From: Microbacterium sp.
Lineage (GTDB): Bacteria; Actinomycetota; Actinomycetes; Actinomycetales; Microbacteriaceae
Length of the DNA stretch: 64,000 bases
NCBI RefSeq assembly: GCF_026393345.1
Contig: NZ_JAPLAI010000036.1
Span: forward strand, 218-64,217
Direction of reading: 5' to 3'
Part shown: piece by piece, positions 58,970 through 64,000 of the stretch
How the letters are laid out: each line of letters begins with the position of its first letter
Position numbering within the stretch: the stretch's first letter is position 1
Notes under the pieces: model-generated
Databases searched by the model: none
Told to the model about the DNA's origin: nothing
What the model saw: only the letters and a program-made list of their open reading frames with translations
Made by a program: the position numbers and the translations under genes

Positions 58970-59251
58970 ATGCCCGAGTCGAGCCCGTTCGCGGGGCGCC
59001 ACATCGCTCCCGCCGAGGTCGCCGAGGCGCTCGGCCTGTCGGTCGATGAGGTGCTCGCGCTGGTGCTCGACGGACGGTTGCGCGGTGCACGCCTGGGCTC
59101 CCCCGCGCAGTGGCGCATCGAGGAGGCCAGCGTCGTCGAATACCTTGACGACCAGACCGAGGAGGCCCGCCGGATGGCGCTGTGGCGCCAGTCCAACGCG
59201 GCGAGCTTTCCGGAGCTGTGGGGGCAGGGGCCGGTCCGGAACCCCGACTGA
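58970..59251 (+). CDS. Excisionase-like HTH (HTH_17) protein
   Basis: PAEVAEALGLSVDEVLALVLDGRLRGARLG..QWRI; GATAAT 6 nt before ATG. Confidence 0.82.
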   Translation: MPESSPFAGRHIAPAEVAEALGLSVDEVLALVLDGRLRGARLGSPAQWRIEEASVVEYLDDQTEEARRMALWRQSNAASFPELWGQGPVRNPD

Positions 59252-59848
59252 TCAGACCCGGTCTGCGCGATCGTGGACGCGCACCCAGGCGGTCGCGCTG
59301 AATGGCACCATCCGGAAACCCGCGACGTCGGCGGCGCGCCGCGGCACACCCGGATCGTGCAGTGCGATGTCGAAGTGATCCGCGCCCGCCCGGTCGATCG
59401 TGCCGGTGAGCACCGAACCGTCGACCCGGTGCACGCTCACCTCGTCCCGCCGACGGGCGAGGTCGCGCAGCACGAACCCCAGGGTCATCCGCTCCGCCAA
59501 TGAACGGGGCGCCGTGGGGATCTCTCGGGCACTGCGCAGCAGGTCTGTGTGCTCCAGCCGGAGTCCCAGCACCGCATCCGTCCGCAGGATCCCCGCACCG
59601 CCGGCGTCGATGTCGATACCGAGCCAGTCCTCGCCCACCGCGGTCAGCGCCCCGCGCACGGTCGCGGATCCGGCGAGATCGACGACCACGGCGGCGGCCG
59701 GCCGGGCCGTCAGTGCGCCCAGTCGCGCGCGCAACGCGAGCCGCGCCAGGCGCAGGCGTTCTGCCTCGGTGTCGAGAGCGGCACGCTCGGCCTCCCACTC
59801 GGACGCGAATTGGTCCTGCAGGTCCTCGAACAGCCGTTCCCAGCGCAC
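59252..59848 (-). CDS. Conserved hypothetical protein with two similar beta-rich repeats
   Basis: MRWERLFEDL; 'GALTAVGEDWL' and 'GTIDRAGADHF' internal repeat. Confidence 0.78.
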   Translation of the reverse strand: MRWERLFEDLQDQFASEWEAERAALDTEAERLRLARLALRARLGALTARPAAAVVVDLAGSATVRGALTAVGEDWLGIDIDAGGAGILRTDAVLGLRLEHTDLLRSAREIPTAPRSLAERMTLGFVLRDLARRRDEVSVHRVDGSVLTGTIDRAGADHFDIALHDPGVPRRAADVAGFRMVPFSATAWVRVHDRADRV

Positions 59849-59886
59849 GGGGCGACATTAGGCCAGACCGAGAGTCCAGATGAGAA

Positions 59887-59897
59887 GTTTTCCACAA
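59887..59897. promoter_or_regulatory. DnaA-box-like site GTTTTCCACAA
   Basis: TTTTCCACA at 59888-59896 fits TTWTNCACA. Confidence 0.6.
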
Positions 59898-59965
59898 TCG
59901 CTCACCGGGTTCGTCGTGCGTGCTCTACTGAGCACACTCACCATCCCCCACCGAGTGAGGCAGCC

Positions 59966-60403
59966 ATGGCACACCTCCAGGCGGGCGTCGCATCGACGCC
60001 CCGACCGTCACGACGGACCGCGTCCGCGGATTTCTTCGCGCCGCAGCCCACGTCCTCGGCAGAGCTGCCGGACCCCGTCCCGCTGCTGCGCAACCTCACC
60101 GCGGGCGTGCTCGAGTCCCTCGCCGGCGTCCGCGACCTCGATCAGCTCGCCCGCTGGCTCACCGAGGAGGCGTACCGCGGCCTGCTCACCCGAGTGAATC
60201 TGGCGATCCGTGCCCGCAGCGCGCGCGGCGTCCCCGCCGCCCGGCCGGTGCACTCGATCCTCAGCGTTCACCATTCCAGTCCTGCCGATGGCGTCGTCGA
60301 AGCGGTCGTGGTCGTCGCCGGCCCCGCTCGCACCCGGGCCATCGCGATCCGCCTCGAGGGCATCGACCACCGCTGGCGCGCCACCTCCCTCGCCCTGCTC
60401 TGA
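59966..60403 (+). CDS. Rv3235-family protein
   Basis: ESLAGVRDLDQLARW...RTRAIAIRLEGIDHRWRATSL. Confidence 0.82.
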   Translation: MAHLQAGVASTPRPSRRTASADFFAPQPTSSAELPDPVPLLRNLTAGVLESLAGVRDLDQLARWLTEEAYRGLLTRVNLAIRARSARGVPAARPVHSILSVHHSSPADGVVEAVVVVAGPARTRAIAIRLEGIDHRWRATSLALL

Positions 60404-60420
60404 GGTGCCTCGCCCCCTTC

Positions 60421-60572
60421 AGGGGGCACTGTCGGCGGGATGCGGACTCCCGATCCCGCCGCACCTGCCACCCGAAGCACGCGCCCACATCCGCGTCACC
60501 GCTTAGGGGGCACTCTCGACCGGATCACGCACGCTGAAGCCGCCGCATCCGCCACCCGAAGGCGGGGATGCG
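60421..60572. repeat. Degenerate ~84-bp direct repeat ending in a GC hairpin
   Basis: AGGGGGCACT and GCCACCCGAAG each occur twice; CCGCATCC...GGATGCGG stem near 60543-60572. Confidence 0.55.
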
Positions 60573-60574
60573 GG

Positions 60575-62233
60575 TCACCCCGCGGCCGGCTCCTCCATGG
60601 CGGCATGCTGGGCACCGCGGAACCCGAAGACACCCGCGGGGCCGATCGTGCTGCCGGGACCCGGGTAGGTGTGGCCCATGACACTGGCGGCGTTGTTCCC
60701 CGCCGCGTAGAGGCCCGGGATGACGCTGCCGTCGTCCCGCAGCACTCGGGCGTGCTCGTCGGTGACGAGGCCGCCCTTCGTGTTGAGGTCGCCGGGGTAG
60801 ATCTTCAGGGCGGTGAACGGCCCCTGCTCGATCGCGCCGAGGTTGGGGTTCGGACGGGCCAGCGGTGAGCTGTAGTACCGGTCATAGGCGGTGTCGCCGC
60901 GCCCGAAGTCATCGTCCTTGCCGCGGCGTGCGAAGCCGTTGAAGCGGGTCACCTCGGCGAGGAACGCGTCCCGGTCGACGCCCATGGCCGCTGCCAGCTC
61001 CGGCAGGGTCTCGGCGCGCACGAGCTCGCCCTTCTCGGTCAGCTTCGCCACCGCACCGGGGATCATCAGGGTGGAGTTGAGGAACCGCATCCGGTGCCGG
61101 TGGTCCATGACGAGCCACGACGGGATGGCGGGGACGGTGCGATCACGCTCAAGCATGTGATGGCCGAAGTCGATGTATGACTCCGACTCGTTGAGGTAGC
61201 GGCGTCCCGACTGGTCGACCACGATGCTCCACGGGTCGGAACGCTCGTTGAGGATGAAGCCGTGCTGATGACTGCCGTCCGTGGTCTGCGCCGTGGCGCC
61301 CCACCACGAGTCCTCCATCATCCCCAGCGCACCGCCGACGGCCGCACCCGCGGCGATCCCGTCGCCCTGCTGCCCGAGCGGAGCGCTCGACCAGCCCTCG
61401 ACCCCCTGGTACTTCAGCCGCCACTCCCGGTTCTGCGCGAACCCGCCGGCGGCGAGCATGACGCCGCGGCGTGCCGTGATGCGCACGTCCCGCCCGTGCC
61501 GGGTGACGACGGCGCCGACGACCCGTCCGTCCTCGACGAGGAGTCGTCGCATCGGCGACCGCAGCCACACCGGGGTGCCGCCGCGGAGCACCACGTACAG
61601 CAGCGAGGATGCGAGCGCGCCGCCCATGCCGTAGAGCAGCCGGCCGCGGGCGAGCCCACCGAGTGCCCGGAAGACGAACCGGGCGCCGCGGAGGAACCCG
61701 CTCACCGACGACCAGGCGCGGGAGAGCAGCCACACGTCATCGGTCATCACCGGGGCCGGGATGCTGACTTTCACGTGCTTCCGCCACGCCCCGAGGCGCC
61801 GCATGTCGAACGGCTCCACCTCGACCGCGCGGCCGATGCGGCCGCTCGGCAGATCCGGGTAGTAGTCGGGGTAGTCCGTCGCCATCACCCAGCGCACGCC
61901 CTCGTCGGCGAGCGCGGTCATGTACTCCGGGATCCCCTCCACGAACGCGCGCTTGCGTTCCGGGCTGGTCCAGGGCCCCACGTCCCCCACCGTGGCGTCG
62001 AGGTATTCCAGCGCGGCGTCGACCGAGTCGTCGACGCCTGCCGCCTTCATCACCGGGTTGTTCGGCATCCACAGCCCGCCGCCGGAGAGCGCCGTCGTAC
62101 CGCCCCAGGTGTCCTCGCTCTCGACCACGAGGACGTCCATCCCGGCTCGGCGGCCGGCGATGGCCGCGCTGAGGCCCGCGACGCCGCTACCCACCACGAG
62201 GTAGTCGACGGTGCGCATCTCCTCCGTCGCCAC
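60575..62233 (-). CDS. FAD-dependent oxidoreductase, 3-ketosteroid-delta1-dehydrogenase-like
   Basis: GSGVAG, GGTTALSGGGLW, DYPDYY, NESESY, TKGGL, YPGPGSTIG. Confidence 0.85.
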   Translation of the reverse strand: MATEEMRTVDYLVVGSGVAGLSAAIAGRRAGMDVLVVESEDTWGGTTALSGGGLWMPNNPVMKAAGVDDSVDAALEYLDATVGDVGPWTSPERKRAFVEGIPEYMTALADEGVRWVMATDYPDYYPDLPSGRIGRAVEVEPFDMRRLGAWRKHVKVSIPAPVMTDDVWLLSRAWSSVSGFLRGARFVFRALGGLARGRLLYGMGGALASSLLYVVLRGGTPVWLRSPMRRLLVEDGRVVGAVVTRHGRDVRITARRGVMLAAGGFAQNREWRLKYQGVEGWSSAPLGQQGDGIAAGAAVGGALGMMEDSWWGATAQTTDGSHQHGFILNERSDPWSIVVDQSGRRYLNESESYIDFGHHMLERDRTVPAIPSWLVMDHRHRMRFLNSTLMIPGAVAKLTEKGELVRAETLPELAAAMGVDRDAFLAEVTRFNGFARRGKDDDFGRGDTAYDRYYSSPLARPNPNLGAIEQGPFTALKIYPGDLNTKGGLVTDEHARVLRDDGSVIPGLYAAGNNAASVMGHTYPGPGSTIGPAGVFGFRGAQHAAMEEPAAG

Positions 62234-62234
62234 G

Positions 62235-62585
62235 TCAGGCCCCCTCGTCGATCAGCTCGAGCAACGCCTTCAGCGCCGCTTCGACGTCGTCGTGGTCGTA
62301 CTGTCCCGCCCGGCTCTCCGCCGCGATGACCCCGGAGCGGTGCACGCGGCGGAAGTCGCCGTACGGGAACGAGTACGCCTTCTTCGTCTCCGGGTTCTCG
62401 TCTCTGTCGACGCCCAGGTGCCAGTGCGCGTACGCGGTCCAGCCCTCCCGCTCGATGAAGTGGTTCTCCTCATCGGGTGTCGGGGCGGCCTCCGACCAGT
62501 CGTCCCGCTCATCGCGGACGACCTTCCCGTCGCGGACGAGCGCGCGCGCCTGGCGCAGGGCGGGTTCGTTGAGTTCGATCACCAT
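62235..62585 (-). CDS. Conserved hypothetical protein (116 aa)
   Basis: Host-like codon use; WHLGVD..ETKKAYSFPYGDF..SRAGQY; TAGCAT -10 just upstream. Confidence 0.78.
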   Translation of the reverse strand: MVIELNEPALRQARALVRDGKVVRDERDDWSEAAPTPDEENHFIEREGWTAYAHWHLGVDRDENPETKKAYSFPYGDFRRVHRSGVIAAESRAGQYDHDDVEAALKALLELIDEGA

Positions 62586-62671
62586 GCGGCGGATGCTACG
62601 CCCGCGGCGTGCTGGAGCGGAACAGCTTGACCGATGATTGTCGGAGAACTACCGCGGGAGCCCCCGCCCGC

Positions 62672-63898
62672 CTACTGGCGGTAGGACGCGAGGAAGTTGC
62701 CCATCCGTTCGATGGCCTCGCTGAGCACCCGGGCCTCGGGCAGGGTGACGACGCGGAGGTGGTCCGGCGTGGGCCAGTTGAACCCGGTCCCGGGCACCAG
62801 CAGGATGTGCTCCGAGACGAGCAGGTCGCGCACCAGCTTCTGGTCGTCGTGGATCTCGTGGACCTCGGGATCGAGCCGCGGGAACGCGTACAGCGCACCA
62901 CGGGGCTTCACGCAGCTGACGCCAGGGATGGATTCGAGGCCCTCCCACGCCGCATCCCGCTGCTCGTGCAGCCGGCCGGTCGGGGCGATGAGCGCGTCGA
63001 TCGACTGCACCCCGGACAACGCCGCCTGCACCGCGTGCTGGGCGGGGACGTTGGGGCACAGGCGCGTGGAGGCGAGCAGCGTGATCCCCTCGAGGAACCC
63101 GGATGCGTGATCCTTGGGCCCGGTGATCACGAGCCATCCCGACCGGTAGCCGGCGACGCGGTAGGTCTTGGACAGACCGTTGAAGGTGAGGCACAGCAGA
63201 TCGGGCGCAAGGGTGGCGAGCGGGATGTGCTCGGCGTCGTCGAAGAGGATGCGGTCGTAGATCTCGTCCGACAGCAGCAGCAGCGAGTGCTCGCGCGCGA
63301 GGTCGACGATCTGCTGCAGCAGCTCGCGGGTGTAGACCGCGCCGGTGGGGTTGTTGGGGTTGATGACGACGATGGCCTTGGTGCGCTCGGTGATCTTGGC
63401 GCGGATGTCCTCGATGTCGGGCTGCCACTCGTTCTGCTCGTCGCAGACGTAGTGCACCGGGGTGCCGCCGCCGAGGCTGGTCATCGCGGTCCACAGCGGG
63501 TAGTCCGGGGCGGGGATGAGGACCTCGTCGCCCTCGTCGAGGAGTGCCTGCATCGTCATGGTGATCAGCTCCGACACCCCGTTGCCGAGGAACACGTCGT
63601 CGGGGGTGAACGCGGGGAATCCGGGCACCTGTTCGTAGCGGTACACCACGGCGCGGCGGGCGGACATGATGCCCTTGCTGTCGCTGTAGCCGTGTGCGGA
63701 GGGGACGGCCTCGATCATGTCGCGGACGATCTGGTACGGCGCCTCGAATCCGAACACCGCCGGGTTGCCGGTGTTGAGTTTCAGGATCGTGTGGCCTTCG
63801 GCCTCGAGCCGGTCGGCCTCTGCCAGTGCCTCGCCACGGATCTCGTAGAGGACGTCCTTCAGCTTGCGTGACTGGTCGAGGGGGCGCAGCGGGCTCAT
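62672..63898 (-). CDS. Class I PLP-dependent aminotransferase (AlaA/AlaT-like)
   Basis: LYEIRG, GNGVSELI, NPNNPTG, SDEIY, GLSKTYRVAGYRSGW. Confidence 0.93.
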   Translation of the reverse strand: MSPLRPLDQSRKLKDVLYEIRGEALAEADRLEAEGHTILKLNTGNPAVFGFEAPYQIVRDMIEAVPSAHGYSDSKGIMSARRAVVYRYEQVPGFPAFTPDDVFLGNGVSELITMTMQALLDEGDEVLIPAPDYPLWTAMTSLGGGTPVHYVCDEQNEWQPDIEDIRAKITERTKAIVVINPNNPTGAVYTRELLQQIVDLAREHSLLLLSDEIYDRILFDDAEHIPLATLAPDLLCLTFNGLSKTYRVAGYRSGWLVITGPKDHASGFLEGITLLASTRLCPNVPAQHAVQAALSGVQSIDALIAPTGRLHEQRDAAWEGLESIPGVSCVKPRGALYAFPRLDPEVHEIHDDQKLVRDLLVSEHILLVPGTGFNWPTPDHLRVVTLPEARVLSEAIERMGNFLASYRQ

Positions 63899-64000
63899 CG
63901 GATCAGGATATCCCCGCCGCACGGAGCCAATCGCCCGCCCGTGGCCTCGTTCCCTGACCCCGAGACTGCTTCTGAGCGCCGAACCAGCGGGGTTACCCCG

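Noticed and set aside
58970-59251. Excisionase as evidence of a mobile element
   Set aside because: No integrase or att sites; host-like composition among conserved neighbours
58909-59896. oriC
   Set aside because: Only two boxes 1 kb apart, with no dnaA/dnaN or AT-rich unwinding region

Overview
High-GC (~70%) actinobacterial chromosome segment, most like Microbacterium/Microbacteriaceae. It is mostly housekeeping: argS-lmeA-lysA-hom-thrC-thrB-rho-prfA, tRNA-Arg(CCG)/trmB, a TPM-pspA operon, a Dpp/Opp-type ABC transporter, ung, metY/metX, kgd, sigR/rsrA-aroA-rsgA-bcp, whiB1-pdtaS and an AlaA-type aminotransferase. A small accessory zone lies between argS and tRNA-Arg. I saw no CRISPR, rRNA, integrase or transposase. 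Main signals: (1) an uncharacterised SAF/CpaB + CpaE/TadZ-like ATPase + Xis-HTH + hypothetical + Rv3235-family module, where two minus-strand promoters share a GTTWTCCACAA (DnaA-box-like) site about 40-49 bp upstream of the start codon; (2) strong over-representation of the octamer GGATGCGG/CCGCATCC; (3) several intergenic REP-like elements with a shared direct-plus-inverted architecture; (4) three motif-removing deletions (lysA, ABC ATPase, aroA) that are either assembly artefacts or real lesions; (5) a two-promoter sigR layout overlapping aroA; (6) an IdeR box, MarR and TetR operators, and a eukaryote-like EXPERA membrane protein. Family names come from motif recognition, not database searches.
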